From Coleofasciculus sp. B1-GNL1-01 (GTDB lineage Bacteria; Cyanobacteriota; Cyanobacteriia; Cyanobacteriales; Coleofasciculaceae): DNA of 64,000 bases. Positions within the stretch are counted from its first letter, which is position 1, and each line of letters starts with the position of its first letter. The DNA is taken from assembly GCA_040220235.1 (NCBI GenBank), contig JAVJTO010000163.1; one strand, written 5' to 3'. Shown one piece after another: positions 1-10,822 of the stretch. Both the position numbers and the translations under genes were made by a program. The notes under the pieces were generated by a model. That model had not been told where the DNA came from and did not search any database. It was given only the letters and a program-made list of their open reading frames with translations.

Positions 1-242
1 GCAATTGATTTTAGTCGAACGACTCAAACCTAAATCATCCCAGTCACAGTCTAAGCCTCTATGGTTAGTATGGGTCGGTCAAGAAATGCCTGATTTGGGT
101 CAGATTTGGCGAAAATATTTGCGCCGCTTCGCCGTTGACCAACGGTCGAAAAAAGCATCTTAAACTTTAATTTTTTAGGAATTTTCCTTCTTTCTCAGCA
201 TCGGGCTATAGCTGGGTTGATTTTTCGTAGTCTAAACTCCAG
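1..242 (+). mobile_element. 3' end of a truncated/internally deleted cyanobacterial DDE transposase (NF041680/IS701-like) plus the element's terminal sequence
   Basis: Frame 2 reads QLILVERLKP..KPLWLVWVGQEMPDLGQIWRKYLRRFAVD-QRSKKAS* (stop at 163). The non-coding tail ends TAGTCTAAACTCCAG at 242, abutting the truncated gene on the - strand. Confidence 0.65.
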
Positions 243-756
243 GATCCGCAAGCTGGAGAAAGCGCCAGATACGACCCGTGGTTACAGCACCATAGATGCT
301 TTCAATCATTCGGTCTCTGGCTTGGTTAAACCGTTGTGCGGCTACCATCTCGGCAATACACTGTCCTAAACCGACATTAGTACTCTCATTTTTGGCTTCG
401 ACAATTGTCACCACTGGGGACTCGATTTCTAATGTAAACGGTGAGGCACTCAAAATATAGTCACAAAAACCATTGAGTCCTTGGCTGGCATCAACATTAA
501 AATCTCGACCCGAAAATAAGCTAACTTTACCATTAAATATCTCTCTAACTTCTATCAACAACGGTGCAATAATCAACTCTGAACGAGCTTTTTCAGTATC
601 GTTATCAAAAGCGACTTTCAAATTACGCTTCAGGGTCGTTTTAAGGTATTCGCTTGGTTCAAATCGTTCGCTTTGAGAAAACAGATTAATCAGATTAATA
701 GTAAGATCGAACTTAGCTTTAACTTGATTGATGGTTTTAAAATCGCTATAAGCCAT
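232..756 (-). pseudogene. Cyanobacterial PD-(D/E)XK/HsdR-N-like hypothetical protein, C-terminally truncated by the IS
   Basis: Motifs EKARSELIIAPLL, GFCDY, IVEAK, GQCIAEMVAAQ and YGAVTTG..WRFL; the last codons (PGV*) come from the IS end. Confidence 0.65.
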
Positions 757-872
757 GACTCAACATTCCTTCTGCTGCTTGGCGCTTCCAGACCATCAAG
801 AGTTGCGGTAAGCGCTGTTTTAATTCGGCAACTTCATTGTATTCCTGATTACTGCTTGACTGATTGAAGCCC

Positions 873-1760
873 ATGAACCCAACCCCAGACTTTATTCTAT
901 TTGCCCAACATGGCTGGGCGGATACCCATCACGCGATCGCAGCCCTAGCGAACTCCTTAGCCACTCCCCAGTCTCACTTGGTTACACCCAATCTCGGTTG
1001 GTTAAAAACCTGGTGGCGAATTGAACCCTTAATTCTACAGGTCGAAGGAATAGCCACTGAAACCATTACCCAATATCCCGATACCCCTATCCGAATTATC
1101 GGTCATTCCATGGGCGGTTTAATTTGGTTAGAAATCCTTAATCAACATCCCGAATGGTGGTCTCAAATAGAATCGTTAGTCCTAGTTGCATCCCCCATTG
1201 GCGGGGCAGATTTAGCCCGATTAATTGACCCCTTGGGTGTAGGAATTGGGATTGCTGGTGCGCTAGGGATTAACCGCCGCCAGATTGCCCAATCTATCGC
1301 CCAAATGGTTCCTACGTTAGTCATTGCTGGCGATAGGGATAGGGGTAGCGACGGCACAATTACCGTTGAATCAACCAAGTTTTGCGGTGCCAAGTTTGTG
1401 AGTATCCCCAACTTAGCCCATGCCCAACTCAAAAATCATCCCACAGTCATCGGAATTATCCGGGAATTTTGGGCAAATCCGACAATAACTAACCCTTACC
1501 CCCTAGATTTTACCGCTCAGTTAATTGAACGCTTGCAGTCAGTACCTGGAATGACTGATGCTCATCCGCGAGACTTTCCCCGTAGCCAACCTTACATCAC
1601 TTTAGCCAACGGATTCACGATTCGCATCTGGACAAGTCCGTTACACATTGACCATATTTTTGTTACTAATCCCGAAGGAGAATGTCTTTACAGCGGATTC
1701 GTGGGCTGGAGACATCGTGGGGTGTTACATCAAGCGTTAGCTGAAATTAGACATCTGTAA
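873..1760 (+). CDS. Alpha/beta hydrolase
   Basis: QHGW oxyanion region, GHSMGG nucleophile elbow, SDG and H of the catalytic triad. Confidence 0.85.
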   Translation: MNPTPDFILFAQHGWADTHHAIAALANSLATPQSHLVTPNLGWLKTWWRIEPLILQVEGIATETITQYPDTPIRIIGHSMGGLIWLEILNQHPEWWSQIESLVLVASPIGGADLARLIDPLGVGIGIAGALGINRRQIAQSIAQMVPTLVIAGDRDRGSDGTITVESTKFCGAKFVSIPNLAHAQLKNHPTVIGIIREFWANPTITNPYPLDFTAQLIERLQSVPGMTDAHPRDFPRSQPYITLANGFTIRIWTSPLHIDHIFVTNPEGECLYSGFVGWRHRGVLHQALAEIRHL

Positions 1761-1778
1761 ACTCGTTTTCCATAGCCG

Positions 1779-2110
1779 TAGTGTCGTGGCACACCTTATT
1801 TGATGAGTTAGAATTCCGCCCGGAAACTGTAGGGGCGCAAAGACTTGCGCCCGATTCAATGGTCAAATCTATTCCAAAATTTTAGCTGTGTCAGTCCAGT
1901 AGGGTGCGTTAGCAAAGCGTAACGCACCGAACCATCACATAAAGACACTTCTGTTATATTCCGCTTCCCTCTCCTTGTAGGAGAGGTTTGGGGAGGGGGA
2001 AAGGGGAGGGATCTGACCCCTCACCCCTCAGTTAATGACCAGCAGTATCCACCAGGGGAGAGTAGATTTTGGCTTAAGTTTACACAGATGGGCAGTACCA
2101 TGCCCCTACA
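1779..2110. repeat. Cluster of REP/MITE-like palindromes
   Basis: gtaggggcgcaaagacttgcgccc; gtagggtgcgttagcaaagcgtaacgcacc (related copy ~32207-32236); gggcagtaccatgcccctac. Confidence 0.7.
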
Positions 2111-2115
2111 GTTCT

Positions 2116-3513
2116 CTATCCAAACAAATCTGCTTTTTCCAGAGCTTCTTTCGACTCTTCAACTTCCGCAGCTTCCGGGGAACCTTTAAATGCTACTCGC
2201 AAGAACGGTGGGGCTAAGAATGTCGTCAGAATTACCATAATGATAATCGCCGCTTCTAAAGGCTTACTCAAAACCCCACTAGCTGAACCAATCCCAGCAA
2301 ATACCAATCCCACTTCACCACGAGGAATCATACCAACCCCAATCGCAAAGCGGTTAATTTGGGGTTGACCAATAAACGTCCAACCTGTAACCAATTTCCC
2401 GATAATCGCTACCCCAATTAAGAAAACAGCAATCACTAATCCTTCCCGATTTGCCGGAACCGCAGGATTGAGAACGCCTAAATCAGCTTGTGCCCCCACA
2501 GCGACGAAGAAAATGGGGACTAAAATATCGGCAATGGGAACAACTTGCTTATCCAGTTCTTTGCGCTTATCCGTTTCATCCAGAACTAATCCTGCTGCAA
2601 ATGCCCCTAAAATTGCTTCTAATTGAATCACATTCGCTAAGAATGCCATTAAGAAGGCAAAGGTAAACGCCGGAATAACCAATTGTCCTCGCGTTTGTAA
2701 CTTATCCGCGATCGCGACAAAAGAGCGGTTGAAAAACTTACCCAGGAAAATAGAACCGAGGAGGAAAACACTGGCACTAATAATCAGATAGATAACGTTG
2801 AAAACATCAACCTCACCAGTTTTCGCCAGACTCGCAACCACAGCTAAGACGATGATACCCAAAACATCATCAATAACCGCCGCCCCCACAATAATCTGAC
2901 CTTCTTTTGATTTGAGACGTCCTAATTCCGAGAGAACTTTGGAGGTAATCCCAATACTGGTAGCGGTTAACGCTGCACCTGCAAAAATCGCTGGAATCGC
3001 GGCAACATTAAAGAAAAACATTAACCCGGCTGTACCCGCTACAAAAGGGGCGACGACTCCCACCACCGCCACAATTGCGGCTTGGTAACCGACTTCTTTG
3101 AGATCCCGTAAGTCTGATTCTAAGCCAATTTCAAATAAGAGGATAATCACCCCAATTTCAGCTAAAACCGAGACCACTTCACTCTGGGTTTCAAAGACAT
3201 TGTTGACAGCCTCTGGGCTTAAATCACCAATCCATTGCAGTAATTTCATCAGTAGCGAATCAGCCGCAACTGCCCCACTTTCAGGGAAAACGAGCAGATG
3301 CAATGCTGAAACACCCACGACAACGCCGCCGACTAATTCACCTAAAACTGGCGGTAAATCAACTGCCCTGGATAACTCTCCACCCAGTTTACTGGCAAGA
3401 TAAATGATAACTAAACTGAGCAACACACCAGCCAGAACAATAGACGAATTTTCTGGCGCTGTTGCTAATATGGGAATTGGTTGTATCAGGTCTGAAAAAA
3501 TCATGGTCTGCAT
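2116..3513 (-). CDS. nhaS3: Na+/H+ antiporter (CPA2, NhaS3-type)
   Basis: LLFEIGLES, ATSIGIT, GAAVIDDVLG and GMIPRGEVG motifs; multiple TM helices. Confidence 0.85.
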   Translation of the reverse strand: MQTMIFSDLIQPIPILATAPENSSIVLAGVLLSLVIIYLASKLGGELSRAVDLPPVLGELVGGVVVGVSALHLLVFPESGAVAADSLLMKLLQWIGDLSPEAVNNVFETQSEVVSVLAEIGVIILLFEIGLESDLRDLKEVGYQAAIVAVVGVVAPFVAGTAGLMFFFNVAAIPAIFAGAALTATSIGITSKVLSELGRLKSKEGQIIVGAAVIDDVLGIIVLAVVASLAKTGEVDVFNVIYLIISASVFLLGSIFLGKFFNRSFVAIADKLQTRGQLVIPAFTFAFLMAFLANVIQLEAILGAFAAGLVLDETDKRKELDKQVVPIADILVPIFFVAVGAQADLGVLNPAVPANREGLVIAVFLIGVAIIGKLVTGWTFIGQPQINRFAIGVGMIPRGEVGLVFAGIGSASGVLSKPLEAAIIIMVILTTFLAPPFLRVAFKGSPEAAEVEESKEALEKADLFG

Positions 3514-3916
3514 CTATGGTTTATCTTCGAGTCTGTGAGATTGATTGATAAGTTACTCTTGAGGTTTAGTGACATTAAAGTAAATTTAACCCCTCAAAGC
3601 CTATTCGTTCAAGCCGATATACTAAAACGGCTTCCTAAATCCATGAACATCTGAATCTAAGCGAATTTATGACCAGAGTGTGCTGAAATACAATGAGTAT
3701 TCATTGCACAACCCTAACTTAATCAATCTATTGTCAGATCGTCTTGATTTGCTTTTTGGTACAGACCTATCCTTATCGGTCTGGACAACGGTTTGTCTTT
3801 AGTCAATTAGCCAAAACAAACCTGATTGTACTTCGTTTAATGCTTACTATAATTATACGTCTTTATGACAAAATTAATAAAATTTACAAATTTAATATTT
3901 ATAATTAATTTTCCTA

Positions 3917-3956
3917 ATAAAAAAAATTCCCCCTTCCCCGATTAGAAACAGGGGAT
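3917..3956 (-). terminator. Possible intrinsic terminator downstream of bicA
   Basis: Imperfect GC hairpin followed by a T-run on the - strand (A-run at ~3919-3926 on +). Confidence 0.4.
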
Positions 3957-3992
3957 TAGACATCAACCCTATCCTATATTGCTTTATTGAAT

Positions 3993-5741
3993 TTAGTGGC
4001 TGATGGCAACATCATCGGATTGAGTGGGATAGGCAGTAGACAATGTACCATTTTCTGGGAGTTCATATCGCTTGACCACAGCAACAGCTTGGCGCAATGC
4101 TTCTGTGCGATCAACGTGTAAATTATGGGCAGGTAACATTGACAGAATGCCCAATTTTTGCAGGCGTCGTTCAATCTGACCCGTAGCACCAACAATGAAG
4201 ACTTGACGACCTTTATCAATGGCTTCTTGGATGGAATTTTCAATCGCCAACGAAGAGGTAACACCCAAGTGAGGGACATCACTTAAGTCTACAATCAGGA
4301 CATCATGATCTGCCATCGCATTTTGCTGACGGGAGATTGCCTTGGATACCCCAAAGATCATCGGTCCACTTAGGTGGAACAATAGGATGCGACCATCCGT
4401 TTGATCAATCAGTTCTTTCTCTTCATCAGTCATCTGGATAGCATCATCGGCATCGGTAATCGTCTTAACATCCTTAGCTTGAAGTTTGGAGAGACGTTCA
4501 ATGGTCAAGAGATTAGCAACGAATACACCAACGCCAACAGCGACAATCAAATCAACAAATACAGTCAGGATGATCACACCATACATAATCATGGCGCCCT
4601 TAATCGAAACCTTATGCGCTCGCTTCAGGAAACCCCAGTCGATAATATCTATACCAACCTTGAGGGCAATTCCAGCCAGAACCGCCATCGGAATCCAAGC
4701 CGTTAGACTAGCAGCACCTAAAATGACGACTAGCAAGATTAAGGCACGAGTTAAACCTGATATGGCAGTTCTAGCACCAGTTTGGATATTCACCACGGTT
4801 CCCATGGTTGCACCAGCGCCAGCGATACCGCCACATAATCCGGATGCTAAGTTTCCTAACCCTTGACCAATTAATTCTTTGTTCGAGTTATGCTGACTAC
4901 GAGTTAAGCTATCGGCAACAACGGAAGTGAGTAGAGCATCAATACAACCGAGCATCGCCAAAACCAAGGCATTAATGAGCATGGTTTGGAATTCTGCCGC
5001 GCTAAAAGTTGGAACCTGTAAATTAGGTAAAGCTTGAGGGATTTCACCAATGCGGCGAATACCGCCCATCTCAGGGAACATAACCAATGCTACTACCGTT
5101 CCGATCACCAGCGCGATTAACTGGGGCGGTGGGAAAAACTTTTTAAAATTAGGCGGCGCAGACTGCAATAACAATGGCTGTACTACCAGAATCGTAACCG
5201 TCAAAACCGCCAGAGCCGTTTCACCGGGCTGGATATCGCGTATAAGATCAGGTATGTCTTGGATTGTACCCAGGATGCCACCGGAAGGACTATCCTGTCC
5301 CAAAAATGGTGCAAGTTGCAGGATGACCAGGATAAATCCAATCCCAGACATAAATCCAGATACTACGGTGTAGGGCATCAGGGTAACGTATCGACCCAAC
5401 CGCAATGTACCCATAATAATCTGGAATACCCCTGCCATCATGACTACGGTAAATGCCATAGCCATACCCTTTTCTGTACCCGCCGTCGCCGTCAGGTTAG
5501 CGATAACGGCAGTCATGACCACGGTCATTGGACCAGTGGGTTCAGAAATAAGAGTGGGTGTGCCACCAAACAGGGCAGCAAAGAAGCCAACTAAAACAGC
5601 ACCCCAAAGACCAGCTACAGCGCCTGCACCGGAGGCAACACCGAAAGCCAGTGCCATGGGGAGGGCGATAATCGCAGCGGTGATCCCCCCAAATATGTCA
5701 CCTTGCAGGTTTCTAAAATGTATACGATTAGCGATTCGCAT
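3993..5741 (-). CDS. bicA: SulP-family Na+-dependent bicarbonate transporter BicA with STAS domain
   Basis: GDIFGGITAAIIALPMALAFG, ISEPTGPM and GAGATMGTVVNI motifs; C-terminal STAS domain. Confidence 0.9.
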   Translation of the reverse strand: MRIANRIHFRNLQGDIFGGITAAIIALPMALAFGVASGAGAVAGLWGAVLVGFFAALFGGTPTLISEPTGPMTVVMTAVIANLTATAGTEKGMAMAFTVVMMAGVFQIIMGTLRLGRYVTLMPYTVVSGFMSGIGFILVILQLAPFLGQDSPSGGILGTIQDIPDLIRDIQPGETALAVLTVTILVVQPLLLQSAPPNFKKFFPPPQLIALVIGTVVALVMFPEMGGIRRIGEIPQALPNLQVPTFSAAEFQTMLINALVLAMLGCIDALLTSVVADSLTRSQHNSNKELIGQGLGNLASGLCGGIAGAGATMGTVVNIQTGARTAISGLTRALILLVVILGAASLTAWIPMAVLAGIALKVGIDIIDWGFLKRAHKVSIKGAMIMYGVIILTVFVDLIVAVGVGVFVANLLTIERLSKLQAKDVKTITDADDAIQMTDEEKELIDQTDGRILLFHLSGPMIFGVSKAISRQQNAMADHDVLIVDLSDVPHLGVTSSLAIENSIQEAIDKGRQVFIVGATGQIERRLQKLGILSMLPAHNLHVDRTEALRQAVAVVKRYELPENGTLSTAYPTQSDDVAISH

Positions 5742-6090
5742 TAAGCTTGGAGGAGTGAGAGAACGACAGTGTACTCAGAAGGGTTCAGTCTTGGCAACAC
5801 TTTCTCATACTTTCCGGGAAGAGTTAAGATTTGTAACGCTTCCTAATATTTCTTCAATTAGATTAACTGACGATGCTCCATTCTTTGCATTTGGATTTCC
5901 AATAGAAAGCATAGAGAGAATGCTTATAGGGGATGAGGGGATGGTGCATTGGTGTCAACCTGAAGGGGTGACAAGCTCGCGTCAAAGGTAGGCAGGGTGT
6001 GGGGTGTGGGGTATGGGGTGTGGGGTGTGGGGTGTGGGGAAGCGGGATGGGGAAATAGATTGGGTATTAGTTGTTTAGTTGGTATTGTCA

Positions 6091-6453
6091 ATGGATTGCA
6101 TACAGGTCAATAAAATTCGGTCTTATGGCTATACAGGTTATCTGCCAGAAGAGCGGGTACTTGGACAATGGTTTGAAGTGGATCTCACGTTATGGTTAGA
6201 TTTAGCTCCCGCCGGTGAGAGTGACGACATTAAAGACACTCTGGATTACCGCCAAGCTATTGACACGGTTAAGCAACTGATCGCCAACTCTAAGGTTTCC
6301 TTAGTGGAAAAATTAGCCAGCGCGATCGCAGATGCTCTATTAAAGCTCGATAGAGTCGAGCGAGTACAAGTGCGGCTGAGTAAACCTGCTGCTCCTATCC
6401 CTGACTTTGGCGGCACAATTACGATTGATATCACTAGACCGGGTGTGGGGTGA
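6091..6453 (+). CDS. folB: Dihydroneopterin aldolase
   Basis: YGYTGYLPEERVLGQWFEVD, TLDY, LVEKLA and KPAAPI motifs. Confidence 0.9.
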   Translation: MDCIQVNKIRSYGYTGYLPEERVLGQWFEVDLTLWLDLAPAGESDDIKDTLDYRQAIDTVKQLIANSKVSLVEKLASAIADALLKLDRVERVQVRLSKPAAPIPDFGGTITIDITRPGVG

Positions 6454-6549
6454 CTGGGTGCGGGGTGTCGGGTGTCGGGTGTCGGGTGAGTAGCGGAAAA
6501 TCCTTCGAGGTTGAGAAATCAGGACACCTCACCACGCCTCCTTTCAACG

Positions 6550-6816
6550 TTACGCGATCGCTAAATCCGTCTCAGTCGGCTTCCCTGGATGAACACCTTG
6601 CTCCACCTGCATCCATTCCTGAAACACGTCTTCAATAAATATTCGTGTCTTATTCCCACTCTCATTCACTACCTGTACTTCAACTTTGAGAGTGGGTAAA
6701 TACACACCATCTACGATTTGATGCCCATAAGCTAAAACTTTACCCACGTTCCCAGTTGAACGATGATGGGCATAGTCGCCAATATTTAGCATGATATTCA
6801 TAGTTCCAACAAGCAT
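6550..6816 (-). CDS. Small hypothetical protein
   Basis: Plausible 88-aa ORF (IGDYAHHRSTGNVGKVLAYGH); start uncertain. Confidence 0.6.
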   Translation of the reverse strand: MLVGTMNIMLNIGDYAHHRSTGNVGKVLAYGHQIVDGVYLPTLKVEVQVVNESGNKTRIFIEDVFQEWMQVEQGVHPGKPTETDLAIA

Positions 6817-6955
6817 TCGCTAAATGGACAATGCATACCATAGCAATGGGTTCAAGTTATTGCAATATTTCTTAATCTTATGCAGCTATTGTTACATCAC
6901 TACATATTTTTCTCATTTTTCATTGGTCATTGGTTATTAGTTCTTTAGGGGTAAA

Positions 6956-8710
6956 TCATCCACTCAATAATGCTTCCACAAACTCATAACTTGAGAATGG
7001 ACGTAAATCTTCAATCCCTTCCCCAGCACCAATAAACCGAATCGGCAATCCCAGTTGCTGTACAATCGCCAAAGCCACACCGCCTTTAGCCGTACCATCC
7101 AACTTAGTCAACACCACACCACTGAGTTTTGCCGCTTCCGAGAACACCTCAGCTTGACGCAAACCATTTTGACCGAGGGTAGCATCCAATACCAGCAACG
7201 ATTCCACCTTCGCCTCAGGTGCTTTTTTGTCAATGATCCGGCGAATTTTTGACAATTCCTCCATCAGATTTTTCTTATTTTGCAAACGCCCTGCGGTATC
7301 TACCAAAAGCAATTCTGTATTTCGGGCTTGAGCGGCTGTGATTGAATCGAATACCACAGCGGCTGGATCAGTATTCTTGCCCGGATTAGCAATCACCTCT
7401 GTGCTACTGCGTTCTCCCCAAATCTTCACCTGTTCCACCGCCGCCGCCCGGAAGGTATCGGCAGCCCCAATTAAACACTTGTAACCGGATTTATTGGCTA
7501 AATGAGCCAGTTTACCAATTGTGGTGGTTTTTCCTGCACCATTTACCCCAGTCATCAACCAAATATTCAGGATGTCTTTTTCCGGGAAAAAGGTGGAACC
7601 GTAAGACTCTTGACAGGGTTTATCCAGTAAATCCCGAAGAATTTGTTTCAAATAGGCGATCGCTTGTTCCGGAGGCAAGACTTCCTGGCGCATTTTCGCT
7701 TGCAGGGTTTCAATAATGTAATCCGTTGCCTCGATACCCACATCCGCTTGCAACAACAACGCCTCAATTTCCATCACGGCGTCTTGGTTCAACGGACCCT
7801 GACCGACAATAGACTTGAGTTGATTGACTAAGCCACGACGAGTTTTGCCCAGTCCAGAGCGAAGCTGTTTGAGCCAGCTAATTTCCTCAGCGGAGACATC
7901 CTCAGGGGTACGCCCTTGATCGGCTAAGACTTTGGCTGACCATAAAAATTCTTCATCCAAGGCGACATCCGCCTCGGCTTCGGGTGGGGTTGTGGGTGGC
8001 GTTACAGATTCCGGTTCTGGCGTCTCAATTGCCGTTGCTTCGAGCCGTTTAAGTCGTTCTTCCCGTTCAGATTTCCTTGCCCAAATTGGCACAGTTGCTG
8101 ATTCTTCAGCCGCCCCAGGTTCGGGTTCCTCTGTGTCAGTTTCCACGTCGGCTATGGTATCTGAAGCCGTTGGAGCCTCCGTTTCTTCAGGTTCTACTTG
8201 TTCGGTGTCGGTTTCTGCCTCAGTTACAACCGGAGATTCTGGGGAGGTGGCTGTACTACTCTGATCAACTCTAACTTCTGCTTCCTCTGCTTCCTCTGCT
8301 CCCCCGGCTTCCTCTGCTTCCTCTGCTCCCCCGGCTTCCTCTGCTTCCTCTGCTCCCCCGGCTTCCTCTGCTTCCTCTGCTCCCACCGTTTCCGGGGCAG
8401 TTTCTGTGGCTTCTGTACTCTCTGTTAGTTCAGCCTGGGCAGATTCAGCCGTGTCAGGTTGTACCTCTGGCGCTTCAGTTTCAGCTTCTGAGGGTGCTGA
8501 CTCCTGCTTTTGCAGGTTTGTATAAGCAGCTTTTGCCCAACTCAGATAATCGTCAGCAACTGTTGATGATTGCTCCTGAGTAGCAGACTCACTCTCCGAT
8601 TTCGGCGATTCAACCGGGGGAGTGGCTGACTGCTGTTCTTGCTTCTCTTCTTTCTCCTCGGAAGAAGCAGTACTTTTACCAACTTGGCGGCGGAACCAAT
8701 TAAATACCAT
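6956..8710 (-). CDS. ftsY: Signal recognition particle receptor FtsY
   Basis: Acidic N-terminal region; GVNGAGKTT, DTFRAAA, DTAGR and TKLDGTAKGG motifs. Confidence 0.97.
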   Translation of the reverse strand: MVFNWFRRQVGKSTASSEEKEEKQEQQSATPPVESPKSESESATQEQSSTVADDYLSWAKAAYTNLQKQESAPSEAETEAPEVQPDTAESAQAELTESTEATETAPETVGAEEAEEAGGAEEAEEAGGAEEAEEAGGAEEAEEAEVRVDQSSTATSPESPVVTEAETDTEQVEPEETEAPTASDTIADVETDTEEPEPGAAEESATVPIWARKSEREERLKRLEATAIETPEPESVTPPTTPPEAEADVALDEEFLWSAKVLADQGRTPEDVSAEEISWLKQLRSGLGKTRRGLVNQLKSIVGQGPLNQDAVMEIEALLLQADVGIEATDYIIETLQAKMRQEVLPPEQAIAYLKQILRDLLDKPCQESYGSTFFPEKDILNIWLMTGVNGAGKTTTIGKLAHLANKSGYKCLIGAADTFRAAAVEQVKIWGERSSTEVIANPGKNTDPAAVVFDSITAAQARNTELLLVDTAGRLQNKKNLMEELSKIRRIIDKKAPEAKVESLLVLDATLGQNGLRQAEVFSEAAKLSGVVLTKLDGTAKGGVALAIVQQLGLPIRFIGAGEGIEDLRPFSSYEFVEALLSG

Positions 8711-8837
8711 TGCACCTAATTAGAAATAGTTGTGAGTTGTCAGTTTTGAGCTTGCTTTTCAAGGGAAGCGAGTATGACAAAGGACAAAGGACAAAGGACG
8801 AATGACGATCCTCGTTCACCTGGGCTAACCGACTTAC

Positions 8838-9482
8838 TTATATGAACTTTTCTAGAGCTGGAGACTCTGGCTCATTTATGCAGGTAGTGACGCGACGCAA
8901 CACGCCATTCACAAATCGATGCCCTTCTTGATCGCTGTAGCGTTTAGCCAGTTCTATGGCTTCGTTAATAGCCACCCGATCAGGAATCCCTAAAAATGCC
9001 ATTTCTGCCACCGCTATTCGCAAAATATCGCGGTCAATGCGGGGTAAGCGATTGATTTGCCAATCTTTAAGCGATTTAACCAGTATTTCGTCAATTTCGA
9101 CTTGCCTACGACGAATCGCCTGTAGAATTTCTATCGCATAAGTCCGCACGTCGGCTTGATTAGCAAGCTGAATCATTTCCGGGATTTCTACCGCGACACC
9201 GATACGGTTTATCGCCTTCTGAGTTAGTTCAATGGCTTCAGCAACCATCGTTTTGGAACTTCGCACATCGATCGCACGGGTTTCACTACCGAGGAGGCGA
9301 TCGCTTCCGCGTTTGAGTTCGGCTGAGGCTGTTTCTAAAGCTTCGTTAATTTCATCGGTTAGAGTCCTCACGGCGACTAATACCATCTGGCTCAGTTGTT
9401 TTTCATCAAGCTGTTCCGGTTCACGAGACATCTGAGAGAGACCTAAAAGTGCCAGTTCACGAGCAATTCTGCGGGGTTGCAT
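8838..9482 (-). CDS. nusB: Transcription antitermination factor NusB
   Basis: [27 protein letters not shown] and FVNGVL motifs. Confidence 0.95.
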   Translation of the reverse strand: MQPRRIARELALLGLSQMSREPEQLDEKQLSQMVLVAVRTLTDEINEALETASAELKRGSDRLLGSETRAIDVRSSKTMVAEAIELTQKAINRIGVAVEIPEMIQLANQADVRTYAIEILQAIRRRQVEIDEILVKSLKDWQINRLPRIDRDILRIAVAEMAFLGIPDRVAINEAIELAKRYSDQEGHRFVNGVLRRVTTCINEPESPALEKFI

Positions 9483-9576
9483 TGTTTTGTCCTTTGTCCT
9501 TTGTCCTTTGTTCTACTGGCTCCCGAAAAGAAGCTAGCTATGTCCATCAATAACCCTCTTCCCCAATCCCTAATCG

Positions 9577-10308
9577 CTAGGAACTTTCTTCTGTGGGTAA
9601 CATCTGCTGTTGGAGCATATCTGATAGAGGTTGCTCTCGCTTCGTCTTGCCGTATGGCATCTGGAGGGGTACACCCATGGATTCACTCGGTCCCACAATT
9701 CCACCAGAGATTAATACCTTAAAGGCATCTTCGATCGACATAGAAAGATTAATCACTTCAGTTTCCGGCACAATAGCATACCATCCGGTGGTCGGATTCG
9801 GAGTGGTGGGGATAAAAATATTCAACATGGTGTCGTTGAGTTTGCCTTGAATTTCACCCGTTGCTGTCCCCGTGACGAAGGCGATCGCCCACATTCCCTG
9901 ACGCGGATACTCTACCAAAATCACCCGCCGAAATTTACTGCTGGAATCCTTAAGCAAGGTTTCCAATAACTGTTTGAGTGTTTTATAGACTGATCCAGCC
10001 AGGGGAATTGCCTGCAACACTCGTTCTCCTAAATCCAGCAACCACCGCCCGACAATATTACGTGCCATTAAGCCAATCAGTAGAATGCACAGGAGGGGCA
10101 CCGTTAGCCCTACCAGTAAATTCAAGAGATTGACCAAAATGGGGTGGAGGTTATTATAGGGGTTGAGTTGCTTAGGGATACGGGTAAGAAAATTGATCAC
10201 CCAATTGGCGATGGTAATCGTCAGCCAGATTGTGGTAGCGAGGGGAATCACTACCAGAAGACCGGCGATTAGGTCGTTTTTTAAGTCCTGCTTGAAGCGT
10301 TGGATCAC
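9577..10308 (-). CDS. DUF502 membrane protein
   Basis: VLVEYPRQG-like segment and FIPTTPNPTTG; lies upstream of nusB-ftsY. Confidence 0.9.
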   Translation of the reverse strand: MIQRFKQDLKNDLIAGLLVVIPLATTIWLTITIANWVINFLTRIPKQLNPYNNLHPILVNLLNLLVGLTVPLLCILLIGLMARNIVGRWLLDLGERVLQAIPLAGSVYKTLKQLLETLLKDSSSKFRRVILVEYPRQGMWAIAFVTGTATGEIQGKLNDTMLNIFIPTTPNPTTGWYAIVPETEVINLSMSIEDAFKVLISGGIVGPSESMGVPLQMPYGKTKREQPLSDMLQQQMLPTEESS

Positions 10309-10597
10309 AGAGTATTGACTCTCCTTACAATGGCTCTTAAACGTCTGTCATTGCTCCCTCAATTACTGGTATAAGCTGTTGAAACCTTGACCTGATCACG
10401 GCAATCACCGCCAGCTTTCCCAGCCGTTGAGGGGGATGAACTCCTGCTCAACCCCCTTTTGCTGCTCCAGTGAAGCAGTACTCCTGGTCGAGGGTTCTAT
10501 CTTTAGTTGTAAAGCTTGTTAAGAATTGTTGCAAGTATTGATATCTCTATTTAAGCTTGTTCAAGGGAGGTGTACGGTTTAACTATCTTAAAAAACT

Positions 10598-10613
10598 TGT
10601 ATCACACCTTACA
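10598..10613. promoter_or_regulatory. Candidate NtcA site TGTA-N8-TACA
   Basis: tGTAtcacacctTACa in a divergent intergenic region; no well-spaced -10 element found. Confidence 0.3.
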
Positions 10614-10822
10614 GTTTATCAGAGAGAGACTCAAGGGTCAGAAGCTGTAACCAATAATTGGGAGATAGACGCCAGTTAGGTGGGGAAGTGCCTGTGGACT
10701 GGTTGACCCTGAGCGAAGCCGAAGGGTGAGTGCCGACACCACCAGAATGAAGCAGGAAGTAAGGATCAAGACGCTTATTTGACTACGGTTGATCAGTTTT
10801 GAGTAGGTCTTATGTAACGGTT

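Noticed and set aside
5440..5991. Long antisense ORFs over bicA and other genes (e.g. 14832-15308, 18895-19299, 63773-63997)
   Set aside because: Shadow frames opposite or overlapping well-supported genes.
6890..6904. NtcA-like site
   Set aside because: The spacing is N7 and one half-site is imperfect.
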